Assembly: GCA_002633005.1 (NCBI GenBank)
Contig: NMRA01000078.1
Span: forward strand, 567,868-631,867
Direction: 5' to 3'
DNA: 64,000 bases
From: Phoronis australis
Taxonomy: Eukaryota; Animalia; Phoronida
Position numbers and translations under genes: made by a program. Under the pieces are notes generated by a model. It was not told where the DNA came from and did no database searches. It saw only the letters and a program-made list of their open reading frames with translations. Each line of letters starts with the position of its first letter. Within the stretch, counting starts at the first letter, position 1. Positions 13,231 through 26,525 of the stretch are shown piece after piece.

Positions 13231-13305
13231 AAATGAAATACGGTAGTCTAAGAACGGGCCTACGTGACAAACATTGCGATATTTCTGAGATAGCGCTCTA
13301 CCGTC

Positions 13306-13364
13306 TATATAAATTCTATGAACTGTCTGGTTATTAAAATTGCACCTCGTCCTCACGTATCAGT
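13306..13364 (+). promoter_or_regulatory. Candidate core promoter of lectin gene
   Basis: TATATAAA 13306-13313; TATTAAAA at 13332 about 30 bp upstream of an Inr-like TCAGT (13360-13364); ATG at 13406. Confidence 0.4.
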
Positions 13365-13405
13365 GCCTAATACTGTAAAACTGAAAAAATTCAAAGGGTA
13401 CCAAG

Positions 13406-13913
13406 ATGGCATTCCTGCTAGTGATTTTAAGTGCGTTTTTTTGTCTTTCGTGCAAATCTGCGACATTAAACAAGGGAAAAATTCCTGATGACCCCCTGCT
13501 GGACATGTTCCGGAAACAGGAAGTTTTGTTGCAAAAGGTTGAAAAACAGGTGAAGGACTCGACCAGTGTGCTGGACAGAAAGATCACAATGCAAGCCAAG
13601 AATATGAAACACGCTTTTGCAGTGACGATGAAGCTGCAGTGTCCTCGTGAATTTTTCTCCAATGAATTCGGCTGTTACAAATTCATATACGAGAACTTAT
13701 CGTACGATGACGCCACTTCACGTTGCCGTGAATATGGGAGTCACTTGCTTGAAGTGCAATCAAAGGGCGAATATGAAGCATTGATATCCTTAATGGACCA
13801 ACACGGTGCAACGAAACGGAGGTTTTATCACCTGGGCGGCAAGAAGGTTAACAACGTGTGGATCTGGATTGAATCAAAGCAACAGTTCACCTTCACGAAC
13901 TGGTCTGGACCAG
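13406..13913 (+). CDS. C-type lectin-domain protein, exon 1 (signal peptide, coiled-coil neck, most of CTLD)
   Basis: MAFLLVILSAFFCLSCKS signal; CPREF..GCYKF..YDDATSRC..LLEVQS..YHLGG..WIW..FTNW; donor CAG|GTATTA, phase 1. Confidence 0.92.
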
Positions 13914-14040
13914 GTATTATTTGACTACTGTTGATTTTTGTGTTGCATTTGAATAATGGCAGATTGCAACAATGCGTACATGTTGAGGAAAATGTGTTTT
14001 GCAGTTTTATACCACAATATTAGCGTCAAATGGCAGATAC

Positions 14041-14809
14041 ATATAGATTATTACATGGCAAAGTTGTTAGCCCCCGTTATCTAGAGCCCGAGTGGATTTT
14101 GGAGAATTATCGCCCGAGGGGCGTTATACCACATACTAAACTATACTACACCAAGCAGCGACTGACGTCATTAAGAGTGAAAATAGAAAACTTAAATGAG
14201 CACGCGCAATAATGCCATGTTCAACAAACCGCATTGTACTGTACTTATACGCTATGAAAAATAAGACACATAATTTCCATAAAAACGATATCTTAATTCA
14301 GTGAAATTTTTCTCTCATGTCCTCTTACTTGTAAATCACCGATCTCCAGTTTGAATGCGGGTATCGTGTCGTCGGGATCCTTTGACTTGAGAATTATATT
14401 CAGTTACCAGTGGTAACCTACTTTAGCAGACGGATAATTTCCCTGTCGAAGCTTAGCGTGAAAAAACGTGTTTTAAGCTATAATAGCTGGTAAACCTTAA
14501 TTTATAAATTCAATTTATTTCGATTTTATTTAAGTTTTCAATTGGTTTTGAGTAAAAGCATTATTTGACAAAAATAGCCCGGCTTTTCTTAAAAGGTCAC
14601 GACCTCCGACTCCGGGCCTTTGACATAGAAAGTAGTTGCAAAGCCGAGGAGAGTCGGAAAAGGTAAATCGATTCACGGCAATGTTTCTCGTTTAGAATGT
14701 GGTATAAATAGGTTATTACATGTTCTCAGCCGTTATCCTCCTTGTCTCCAAAATCCACTCGGGCTCTAGATAACGAGGGATAACGACTTTGCCATGTAAT
14801 AATCTATAT
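14041..14809. mobile_element. Non-autonomous TIR element in lectin intron
   Basis: 65-bp TIR ATATAGATTATTACATGGCAAAG..GAGTGGATTTTGGAGA (3 mismatches) inverted at 14745-14809; inner IR TTATACCACAT/ATGTGGTATAA; TA-rich junctions. Confidence 0.9.
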
Positions 14810-15038
14810 TTATTGAACGAACATATTCGTTACGATCTTCGAAAAACTTTTGAATTAAATAATCCGTATTTATAGACTACAAATAGTTTAATCTACACAT
14901 GTAGCTGTTGACTGTAAGATGGAGCACATGCAAGGCAAAAATTTACGGCGCACAATAACAATAGTCCTCTTCAAGTGGTTCGTCTCCGATGATTAGATAT
15001 GTGCTCAGCTGATCAGTAATGACTTGTTGTGGTTTCAG

Positions 15039-15151
15039 GTCAAGACATGAAGGGGTGTGGGCGGTTTGTGTACTTTCCTTCCTCTAGTTTGCACAAGAAG
15101 TGGACCGAGAACAATTGCATGTTCCGGGCATACTCCGTGTGTGAGATTTAA
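15039..15151 (+). CDS. C-type lectin-domain protein, exon 2 (206-aa protein in total)
   Basis: Acceptor GGTTTCAG|, phase 1; (G)QDMKGCGRFVYFPSSSLHKKWTENNCMFRAYSVCEI* supplies the last three CTLD cysteines. Confidence 0.88.
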
Positions 15152-16699
15152 CCGGAAACATGTTCAGACAAATCACTATAACGTCACCGATGCTTTTTGA
15201 ATTTCCTACTACTGTGCTGGTGCAGGAGAAACGCCGTGTCAATTCAACTATCTTGATTGTCATTCTTAGTTGTAGTAATTGCTTATTTTTCGTTGCACAA
15301 TGCTTCAATGATGCACCGATTGATTTATAATATAAGGATAAAGTAAAAAGAGACTAAGCTGGTGTGGTGATTTCTACATCGATAAAACCTTCAGTATTGA
15401 CAACATATAATATTATTTGACCCCGCACACATTTTAAATTGCGTCGGCACGCCATCTTTTGGCCACAGGACTATGAAAATATAATATCGCTGATGAAAGT
15501 GACTTACTTCTTACATCGGTGTTATCATCTAATTTCATCTTTGGAAAATTAGTACGATAAATCTTTTATCCCACTGTCCGTCACAGAAGCAAACTTTTGG
15601 TTAGAGCACGTGCTGCGGGAAAATTGGCCTAAGCTTAAAGTTGTCGTTATTCATAGAAGGGTGATTACTGGGCTTGCAAAAACTGACAGGTCGTAGTTCC
15701 TTTACAACATACTTGACAAATGGAGTGATACGCCGTGGCAAGTCAGCTGGTAGTGTCTAGTCTCGTGGAATAAAGGAATAACAAATTGTCAGCTAAAGAG
15801 AGGGCGGCAGTATTGTTGACTTTGTTTTTTTTCTCACATCACAAGCTTGGGAAATATATTGTAGAAATTGACACACGGTGCAACAGACTGAGGAGACTGT
15901 TTCGATTGCATCGTGCTTAATAAAACAGGAATTTTCCGTCTTCTGTGGCATCACAAAATGAACTCATGTTTTAAGCTGGTCCACTTGCCACGAAAAATTT
16001 GATCTCGTGTTATATGGCTTATTAACAATTCATTCTCGTGAGATAACGTTGAAAGGTTTAATGGGAATTTTCTGATATTCCCAAGTGAACGAAAACGCCA
16101 TGTTTCAAATGTGTCAGTTCAGTTGTTATCTCCATGTACTTGCTCAGTATACAGATATGTACATGTATGAGTACTGGATATAGATATCATTGTACATGCA
16201 AATACAACCAAATGCACACATTCACAGTGCTCACAATGTGCCACAAAATAACACGTCCTTTAAACCTTTTCTTCTATTTCTGACAAAGCACGTTCTCTAC
16301 TAAAATGTCCATGTTTAAAAAGTACAACTTTGAATTTTGATGATGTTTAGCAGTCAACGTTGAATTTTTGTTCGAATTTTGCGCGTATATCTAAGCAACG
16401 TACAACACGTTCATGCTTCATTTTTGAAATTTATGTTTCCTTGAGCCACTGACGGTTTCGATGTTTTTCAAGTCTCATCACGAAAGGAATATTATGAGAC
16501 CGAGTTTATGATCTTCAAAGTCATCTTAAATCTGATTTAGTGACCTCCATTCAAACTCATACATTAATATATCAGGCCATGTGAACTAGCTAAAGAATGT
16601 ATTTTTCAAAAAAAAAATGATCGGAAATTACAAAAACATGTTTTTTATTAATGTGACATTTAATATTTTTCATAACAAAATAACTTCTTTGCTGAATTT

Positions 16700-17140
16700 A
16701 CTTTTTTTATTTATTGTAATATTTAAAATGATGGTGGCCTCTTCAGTGACAGCACTGCTTTCCAAGAGGGCCGTCGATAACAAAATATAAAACAGTAATA
16801 TAATACAACATAGAAGTAAAATAATAATTAAAGACATATAAAAAGGTACAATTAAAACAGGTTGAGAATTAAGATATTAAATAAATGACGAAGAATGGTG
16901 AAAATTGATTTAAGAGAGAAGAAATAAATAAAGATATGATCGTAAACAGTGAGAGTATTTACAACAATGAAAAATGAGATAATTAAGACAGGTAGGGTGT
17001 AAAAATGGTTAGTTAAATTGCACTCACTTTTTAATATTTAGTTTGAAGGTATTAACTGAATTGGACCGTTTAAATTTTGATCTAGGAGAAATCCATATTG
17101 CAGTAGCATCAGCATTAATAAATGAAACCCTTTTTAAATA
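16700..17140 (-). mobile_element. CR1/L2-like LINE 3' fragment
   Basis: Minus-strand SFINADATAIWISPRSKFKRSNSVNTFKLNIKK resembles a CR1 ORF2 C-terminus; terminal motif GGTGGCCTCTTCAGT..AAGAGGGCC is also seen at ~33567. Confidence 0.55.
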
Positions 17141-18869
17141 AAAACTTCACGATTTTCCTTAAAAATTGTAACGAATTTTCGATTACTCTTGATATAATTG
17201 TTTTCATGCCAAGATAACTCACAAAACGTGAGGTATTTTTGCAAAAAATAGCAATCGTATTTTTCTGTCTTGAGGTGCGCAGAAACTAGGCGCTGAAAAG
17301 GGGAATCATTTTAGATTGACGTATTAATGTTGCAGTGAAATTTACGCAGCCGTTCTTAAGAACTTTTAAAAGGTTATCTGCAACCTTATTTAGTGACCTC
17401 TATTCTAACTCGTATGTAAAAAGCTAAGCTTTTTCACCTAGAAGAAGTATATATTTTCTGAAAGAAAAAGATTAGGGAATATGAAAATACTTTTTGTATT
17501 GATGTACCACTATTATTTTTAAGTGAAAACGTTTTTAAGTCAAAACTTTTTTAAGAAAGGTACATTAATAGCAAAATAACCGTTCAGTCGAGTTTAATAA
17601 AACTTTTTTTTAAATGAAAGCTTCACCAGTTACCTCAAAAACGCTGGTAGGAATTTTTTATTAGTCTTTTCGTTTTGTTTCTATGACAAATCGACTCGCA
17701 AAACGCAAGGTTTCTTTGTAAAAAACGGAAGTCGTATTCGTAACTGTTACATTATGTTACATTACGCAAAAATAGGCCTTTATATCGAAAATCCTAACAG
17801 CGTTTTTGCCCAAGCCAAGGAAAAAGCCACAAAAGTTACGAGCCGGCTAAATCTTATTTTAACCAAATAATTATTCTATTTCCTAAATATAACTTCTGCG
17901 TGGTATTACCTTGGTACCAATTTTAACATTCGCTTATGATGTCAACTAAATTTGCAGCGGTTAATTAACTTAATCATTTCAAATTTTGTCAGTCGGGTTA
18001 CCATGCCTCGAGTGAAAAAAGGTCAAAGGAGTGGTTTTAGCTGTACAACGTAACACACAACGTTTAAAGCAAGCCCAGGGAGACTGAAGGAAACCAACCC
18101 AGTATTTTTGAGTCTTTAAATGAATAAATAACTAAATTTTAAAAAAACCGTGACAACGACACAGAAACAGGAAAATTAGAAGATTATCAGTTGAATGGAT
18201 GAATTTAAGTGAGGATTTATCTCTTTTGTCGCAACTTGCTGTGTATGCGATGCCGGACGCCGTGCGTCGACTCGAGCATTAATCACAACGTTATCAACGA
18301 TCATATGCACGCCGACGTGGAAATCAGTCAGGATCAAAAATACGATTTTTCTTCGTTTTCCGCGGCATCTTAACAGTTATCCTATTTTGTTGGTTTTTAA
18401 TATTTATTTTAGTTTACTTTGCAATCTGGAGATAACTACCAGCAAGATTTTAAGCCATGAACATCACAACCTTCCGCTGCGTGTTCACTATAATTACGTA
18501 AGTTGACAAACTCTGAGAAAAGGTCATTACTTTTCATCGCCGACGACGTCACCCATAAACATTTGTATTGTTGGTGTGTATTCTATTTTTGATGAATCCA
18601 ATGACACAGGTTGTCGCTAATTGTCGTGAGGCCGTCCGACAAGATTGAGTAGTTGCCACCAGCTACTAAATGACCATAATCCCAGAGAAAGTACACTCTG
18701 GTTTGGGTCCGAAAGAAGCGCGAAAAATTCCCATCCATAAAACTTTTTTTGAAAATTTGACATAAGAGTTGAGTGCCGCTGAAAATAGCAAATATCTGAC
18801 CTGGGAATGACATTAGTTTAAATGACAAACACAGTCCGAGTTATTCGAGAACAGAGACACGACTTCTCT

Positions 18870-19820
18870 CCCCAACCTAGACTAGATGATTGGATATTAA
18901 TAGTTTTTGTAAATTCATCTGGAATAACAAGCTTAAAAATATATGAAAAGTTTTAATCAAGAAATAGAAAATTGTGTAGTCAAGATGTCAAACATAAAAT
19001 TATCAGCAAATCTCTAAAAATTACAGGAATAAAAAAGTTATTACCGGATTCTAAATGAACCAAAATTTTTGAAACTGAGGCAAGCACAATGTAAAATATA
19101 CAGCAAATTATAATGGCAGCTGAACTAAGGCACATCAAACGATATATGTAGCTTTTTGGAGAGGTTGTTTGAAACATTGGAGTAAGGTTTTTTAAAACAT
19201 AAACTTTACCTGACATTCAAGCAAGGATGCTACGTCCAATAGTCTATGGTTTTACAAATTGGAAATAAATCGATCCATTATAAAACCCGTGACGAAAATA
19301 GAATATTTTACATCAATGACTCATTAGATGACGTCATTTTTTAGAACAGAAAATCTAAAAAAGAAATATAAAACAATTTTCTTACTTATATGTCATGGAT
19401 GAATGTGGTCATAAGATGTTATTGCATCTCATCTGTAAGCATCGAGAGTCTCAAAAATGCGTGGAATCGATCATTCCTCGAATAGAATGTATGCTGTTGA
19501 ATTAATAGCTGAACATGTAAAATGATAAATTATCTGTTACGTACAACTGACAGAACGCTCACATCACAAAAATAAATGCATGGAAAAATACTATTTAATT
19601 TCCTTTAAGTGTACACTAGACTCTTCATTACTGTGGTTGCAATACAAAATATTACTCAGGATTTTGGCTACCAATACATTCTTGTATAAAATAAATACAA
19701 CCGACCGTATAAATTGTACTTACTGCAATGTAGAAGGAGAAACTCACGAACATATATTTGTTCAATGTAATGTGGCAAGGAATTTTCTGTCAGATGTTAG
19801 TGCTTGGTTATTGGCTAAGG
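18870..19820 (+). mobile_element. L1/Tx1-like LINE C-terminal fragment (zf-RVT)
   Basis: LLWLQYKILLRILATNTFLYKI..CTYCNVEGETHEHIFVQC at 19580-19810; upstream part is degraded. Confidence 0.75.
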
Positions 19821-21540
19821 TCGTTTTCTCATTATGGGATTTTCGGTTTACTTGCGTTTCGCCGAAACTTTGCGTACCTTTCTCACGTAATAGCAATATC
19901 GCAGTTATCGCTAAGACAACGGACGACACAGTTCATTCGTACTCTCAAACGAATGCTCATTTGTGTTCCAGGCTAATTGAAAATTGTTCTCCTGCCGCTT
20001 AAGGCCGTTTATGAAAATGATTAGTTTCAAAATAGATCAAAAATGTTTTCCTTTGTTTATTTACGTCTGTCCATTGAGAGCTATGCTATGTTACACTAAC
20101 AAAGAACATGTTTTGCGAGTCTCGCTATGGTTATGCAAAATAGTCCAAATCTTTAATCTTAACCTAGTTCTAAAAAAAGGCAGTCACTATCGAGGGTTGG
20201 ATGTGGAAGTTTTAATTAAAATTAAACTTAAGATCCTGTGTCGGAGATTCTAACCGTAACATCGAGAGGATTACTTTTTCCAGCCATGTTCAAAATTCAA
20301 CTCAGCAATACAGTCAAGAAATGAATCTTTAAACTGTGAAGAGACAAGGAGAAAGTTTGATAAATAAAGTAGAATGTTCGAAATATTTCGTTGTTACAAT
20401 TCTTTGCTATCATTAACCGACAACAATTTACTTTGAAAAGTTTTGGCAGTGTGAGCTGAATGCAATGTATCTCACTGCACAATAAACTGAAGTAAGATAA
20501 CTGTGGTGAAAACTGCTGATTTGGTGTATTTTTGTTCATTTTATGTAGCCTTATTCAAAATTTCACTTTGAACAACATTTTTTAATATGCTTCAAGGCTT
20601 TTTGAAGTTTTTGACTCAGTAACAATCCATCAGATATCGCTCTTTTGTTCCTAGCAAACTCATAGTAGTTCTTTACTCTCGAAACCAGCGAAACCTATAA
20701 TTGAGCGCTTCCTATTACCTTCCTTCTCAATCTTCATGTTAACTGTATGTCAGCAAATTATAATCCAGTTAGGGCTATTCTGCAAATTTGTGTATTGCCG
20801 TCGTTCTGGAAGCAAGCGTAACATTTCAATGCGTTTGCAAAGAAGACAAGTAAGACGAACATTCAAAACCAACCTACACGGACGTTTTAAATCCGTCAAA
20901 ATTATTTTGTAACAGTATCTCTAATAAAAAGCAGGCCTATTAATGACAAATTCACACTTGCAAAATGCTTTCCGTATTTTATTTTTTACATTTCCTCATC
21001 TTCTTCATTGGTATTCCAAAACACCTGGGGTCTAGTTGCTTCATGAAAGTCACCTAGGAATTAAGACAGACATTTGGTTTTGCCCTATCATTTCATAATT
21101 GCTGAAAATGGGGCCTAGACAAGTAATTTTGAATGCATCACTGAAGTAGACATAAGTTATGGAAAATTTCCTAGTAAATAGTAATGTGTGTTTTCACAGA
21201 CACTCTGGACTTTGCACCAGCTAGATTGATTAAGTCAGTTCCTGGCCACATGGTCAGTAAAAAGTTAAGTGGCAAAAACTAGACGCTCAGGGATTCATAT
21301 CGACGTTTCGGTTTTACTTAATGTCATCATGAGGTATACACTACACAGATGCAATAACATATGCACAAAGGTGACTTGAAACAACAATCTATGAACTCAT
21401 ATTGCAGTACATGCTACAGAACTGAATCAGCAGCTACGATTGGGGCTGAAGTTAAACCTCAACCACAGCACTAGCCAGTGTGCCCCACTCGAATGTTCCG
21501 CTTTATCGCACAGTACTAATTAAGATTGTTAATCCGTGCG

Positions 21541-21696
21541 CAGTGTTGTAGAGGTAAACTTAGAGGTAAGTAGGCGCCAAAAGCCCACCGCGTCACCTTG
21601 AGCACTGAACGTAACTTACGGTGCGTAGGCGCTACGTTCAAATGGCAAAAGGTGGTTGACTGCGCCTACGTGCGCCTTAGCCCCACTACAGCACCG
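21541..21696. mobile_element. 156-bp hAT-like MITE
   Basis: CAGTGTTGTAG...CTACAGCACCG termini; 8-bp flanks TCCGTGCG / TCCTTGCG. Confidence 0.65.
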
Positions 21697-22271
21697 TCCT
21701 TGCGGCACAAAACACTGGCTTCCTCAGTGTCCTCTTCTAAGTTCGGAATCGTACAAGAGGACAGAGGGTATAATTGTCAGAAATATAGCTTGCATTAAAG
21801 GAGCATGCCGCCCATAAAACAACCTATTTTGTATCAATTTAGATCGAGTAGTTCTACTCGATAAGGGCAGGTTCGGTTGCGTTACCTGACACCTGACGGC
21901 AGACGGAGGTGTTGAACTTATCCAAAGATTGGTTTCACGCGCAGTTCACAACACGGGTTATTGGTGTCAGCTTATCGCTTGAATTCATCGTTTAATACCA
22001 ATAAATTATGAAACTTCAATGTAAAACCCTTAAAAATACACCGAGTTCTTATGAAAACGTGTTGTTTTATTTCGCTGTTACGGACTTATAGGTATTTGAC
22101 ACACCGTAGCCTACCTAATTCGGCAGGCCAATTTACCAAGGTCCGTAGCAGGAGTTTGGGGTCTGTTCGGAGACAAATTCAGAGTATTCTTCCGTGAAAT
22201 ACAGACAGGAGAACCTAGATCTGTGTTGCTTGTACTTGTGATTTCTTTGAGTTCTAAACACACAAAACGCT

Positions 22272-22390
22272 TGTTATCCCGGCCAGTTACTCGGAACCCG
22301 ACCAGGCCCGTCGCAGTCGGACTGACTCGTTATCCCGGCCAGTGGCTCGGAACGCGACCAGGCCCGTCGCGGCTGCCGGGACTGGCACGA
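22272..22390 (+). repeat. GC-rich ~56-bp tandem duplication
   Basis: GTTATCCCGGCCAGT..CTCGGAAC.CGACCAGGCCCGTCGC occurs twice. Confidence 0.85.
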
Positions 22391-22817
22391 ACACAAACCA
22401 TCTTGAGTTGGAAAGTAAACCTCCAGTAACGAAAAGACTGTAATAGTGAGCCAAAGAAATAGTAAATTAGCCACGAAACTGAACATCTACTTACTTGTCG
22501 GGGGCCGTCAGGGCAGAGGTTGTACAGTGACAATGATTTGAAAGTATTTGTATTTCTAAATAAAGATTCCCCTAACATGTTGCCATAGCATATAAAGTCG
22601 AGTAATTATTTCACACCAACTTTCAGTCAGCAAATACTGAATTAGCATGCGCTTACAAGGCCTCGGTGCCCGGTCAATTATACCTTTGCTGCCAGCATCA
22701 AATTCCGGTAACGCAGTGGTTTATTCATTGCTGGCTTCTCAACATTTGCACTAATCAAATTTGGTGGAATTCTCCTTTAACGGGTTCAAATATACTTGCC
22801 ATGAATTTCTACGAAAG

Positions 22818-25800
22818 GTTAAGTTTATGGAGTGAACCACATAGAAATAGCGGTGTTTCTGCAGCAAAAACCCAGCACAGGAGTTGCTTTTCCAGTCGAC
22901 TCTTCATATGGTTTAGCTACATGTATCCTAATTTTCCGGTTGCACCCCATCAAAATATAGTCGACTAACCCCAGCAAACGCGCCTGCAAAAATCTTGTGT
23001 TGTGACGTCACAGAGGTGGGTAGCCGAGCTTATCAGTGCCTTAACCTACATGTTCATGGCATATATTTCAACACACCTTAATACAAGATAAACGTTATTG
23101 CGACAAACACGTTAATATGAAGAAGCTGAACTTGGTCACGTTTCTCGGTAAATATCTGTTTTGTACTTTCTCCCATTGTTGCTAAACTACTATACCACCT
23201 TCAGAAGGACATCGTGGGGGTCTAGTGACCGTGGCTGGAGGTAAAATTGTGAAAATCAGAGTAGAATGAAGTTTTCGTATCGACTTCCTGCTCAGTAATT
23301 CAGTTTATAAATGTAATCTCGACGGTCCACAGCTCATCGCATCGAGTAGACTCACTGTATAGAAAGTTTACTTTATCATGTCGGAATGTGCACGCTCTGG
23401 TTACACAAAATAGCTGAAGAGATTTTGTGACACCTTACTCACTAGGGTGCCATTTCCTACACGGCACTTAAGAGTTCATCAATAGATTTGTAATACGCTG
23501 ACCTGCTTTCCTGCAGGTATAACTCGGGCAACCTTCAGACCTGTCTGAAGCAGCGTGGCTTATCTATCTTTGTACTTTGTTTCCGTCAGTCTTCCACCGA
23601 TAGATGACGTCGGTGTTCTTGTGAGTGTGTTTTCTGTATGAAAATAACTTCATTCTTACATCCTGTTATTAACCCCGACAGATTATGAAATTATAAATGG
23701 CAAAAAGTGGCAAAACTAACGTTTCACTGCTGTAAAGGTATATGCAGTACATGCATGTTAAGCTCTTATGTAATCGTGTTTTAAGTTTTAAGAACATTAC
23801 CACGCTCGCCGATCCTGAATTTTTGCCGAATGAGCCAACAAGTCAAGTCACAGGCAATGCGTATAAGTGCCATTTGTCGACTTCACAGTTTTATGGATGA
23901 CCAACCCCAATACACTCTAAAGCGTTATCTTGAGTGGCTGCGCATACAATGTAGTTTCTGTGTGCTTGCCTGTAATGGAAATGGAGTCCTATCAAGGCAG
24001 GTAGTGTTATAAGTCCGACTTCATGACCGTAAGTGGCCCAATTTTTGTTTGATAGCTAAATTCACTCATGAGAACATGCAGTCTTAGTCAAGATATCAAA
24101 CTAAGGATTGGCACTGAAGTAAGTAAGACCCAGAGTCAAGAACGTCACTTATTATGACTAGAAAAGCAGAAAGTCTTTAAGTTAGGTCAGCTAAGGAAAT
24201 CCTCTAGCACTTATTTCTGTGAAACGGACAATCTGTCGCAAATAGGCCACGTAAGAATCATTACAAGATTTATCGCAAAAAATCAAATTATTTCAAAAAT
24301 CGATCAAAGTTATCAATATGTTTTAATATACAAATGATTTTCAAAGTTCGAAAAAGAAACAACAATTTTTATATTTTGTCTAATTCGGCATGCCGCACCC
24401 GTATTTACAGACAATGTAAGGAACTACGAAGTCACAATATAGAGTGACGTTAATGTAAAATAATTCAGTTATTTAAAATCAAATTTTAGATTCAACTATG
24501 CAGGTCCTGATGTAACGAGGAACAGGCATTTTTACGGTGTCTCAAAATGAGAACTGTCCTACATGTATATCTGGAGGACACCCATTGAATGGNNNNNNNN
24601 NNNNNNNNNNNNNNNNNNNNNNNNNNNNNNNNNNNNNNNNNNNNNNNNNNNNNNNNNNNNNNNNNNNNNNNNNNNNNNNNNNNNNNNNNNNNNNNNNNNN
24701 NNNNNNNNNNNNNNNNNNNNNNNNNNNNNNNNNNNNNNNNNNNNNNNNNNNNNNNNNNNNNNNNNNNNNNNNNNNNNNGTTAAGTTTATGGAGTGAACCA
24801 CATAGAAATAGCGGTGTTTCTGCAGCAAAAACCCAGCACAGGAGTTGCTTTTCCAGTCGACTCTTCATATGGTTTAGCTACATGTATCCTAATTTTCCGG
24901 TTGCACCCCATCAAAATATAGTCGACTAACCCCAGCAAACGCGCCTGCAAAAATCTTGTGTTGTGACGTCACAGAGGTGGGTAGCCGAGCTTATCAGTGC
25001 CTTAACCTACATGTTCATGGCATATATTTCAACACACCTTAATACAAGATAAACGTTATTGCGACAAACACGTTAATATGAAGAAGCTGAACTTGGTCAC
25101 GTTTCTCGGTAAATATCTGTTTTGTACTTTCTCCCATTGTTGCTAAACTACTATACCACCTTCAGAAGGACATCGTGGGGGTCTAGTGACCGTGGCTGGA
25201 GGTAAAATTGTGAAAATCAGAGTAGAATGAAGTTTTCTTATCGACTTCCTGCTCAGTAATTCAGTTTATAAATGTAATCTCGACGGTCCACAGATCTCAT
25301 CGCATCGAGTAGACTGAGAAAGTTTACTTTATCATGTCGGAATGTGCACGCTCTGGTTACACAAAATAGCTGAAGAGATTTTGAGACGCCCTACTCACTA
25401 GGGTGCCATTTCCTACACGGCACTTAAGACTTCATCAATAGATTTGTAATACGCTGACCTGCTTTCCTGCAGGTATAACTCGGGCAACCTTTAGACCTGT
25501 CTGAAGCAGCGTGGCTTGTTGTACTTTGTTTCCGTCAGTCTTCCACCGATAGATGACGTCGGTGTTCTTGTGTGTGTGTGTTTTCCTTATGAAAATAACT
25601 TCATTCTTACATCCTGTTATTAACCCCGACAGATTATGAAATTATAAATGGCAAAAAGTGGCAAAACTAACGTTTCACTGCTGTAAAGGTATATGCAGTA
25701 CATGCATGTTAAGTTCTTATGTAATCGTGTTTTAAGTTTTAAGAACATTACCACGCTCGCCGATCTTGAATTTTTGCCGAATGAGCCAACAAGTCAAGTC

Positions 25801-26525
25801 ACAGGCAATGCGTATAAGTGCCATTTGTCGACTTCACAGTTTTATGGATGACCAACCACAATAAAGCGTTATCTTGAGTGGCTGCGCATACAATGTAGTT
25901 TCTGTGTGCTTGCCTGTAATGGAAATGGAGTGCTATCAAGGCAGGTAGTGTTATAAGTCCGACTTCATGACCGTAAGTGGCCCAATTTTTGTTTGATAGC
26001 TAAATTCACTCATGAGAAAATGCAGTCTTAGTCAAGATATCAAACTAAGGATTGGCACTGAAGTAAGACTCAGAGTCAAGAACGTCACTTATTATGACTA
26101 GAAAAGCAGAAAGTCTTAGGTCAGCTAAGGAAATGTTCTAGCACTTATTTCTGTGAAACGGACAATCTGTCGCAAATAGGCCACGTAAGAATCATTACAA
26201 GATTTATCGCAAAAATCAAATTATTTCAAAAATCGATCAAAGTTATCAATATGTTCTAATATACAAATGATTTTCAAAGTCCGAAAAAGAAACAACAGTT
26301 TTTATATTTTGTCTAATTCGGCATGCCGCACCCGTATTTACAGACATTGTAAGGAACTACGAAGTCACAATATAGAGTGATGTTAATGTAAAATAATTCA
26401 GTTATTTAAAATCAAATTTTAGATTCAACTATGCAGGTCCTGATGTAACGAGGAACAGGCATTTTTACGGTGTCTCAAAATGAGAACTGTCCTACATGTA
26501 TATCTGGAGGACACCCATTGAATGG
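22818..26525 (+). repeat. ~1.75-kb near-identical duplication across an N gap (22818-24592 / 24779-26525), probable uncollapsed haplotypes
   Basis: Copy 1 ends and copy 2 begins exactly at gap 24593-24778; scattered SNPs and small indels. Confidence 0.9.

Noticed and set aside
16538-17520. Diverged ~130-bp direct repeats (16538, 17389)
   Set aside because: Low identity, AT-rich; probably internal repeats of an old DNA element
22818-26525. 1.75-kb tandem duplication as a real segmental duplication
   Set aside because: Both copies terminate exactly at the N gap and differ at allele-like level; typical uncollapsed heterozygous overlap (read depth or long reads would settle it)
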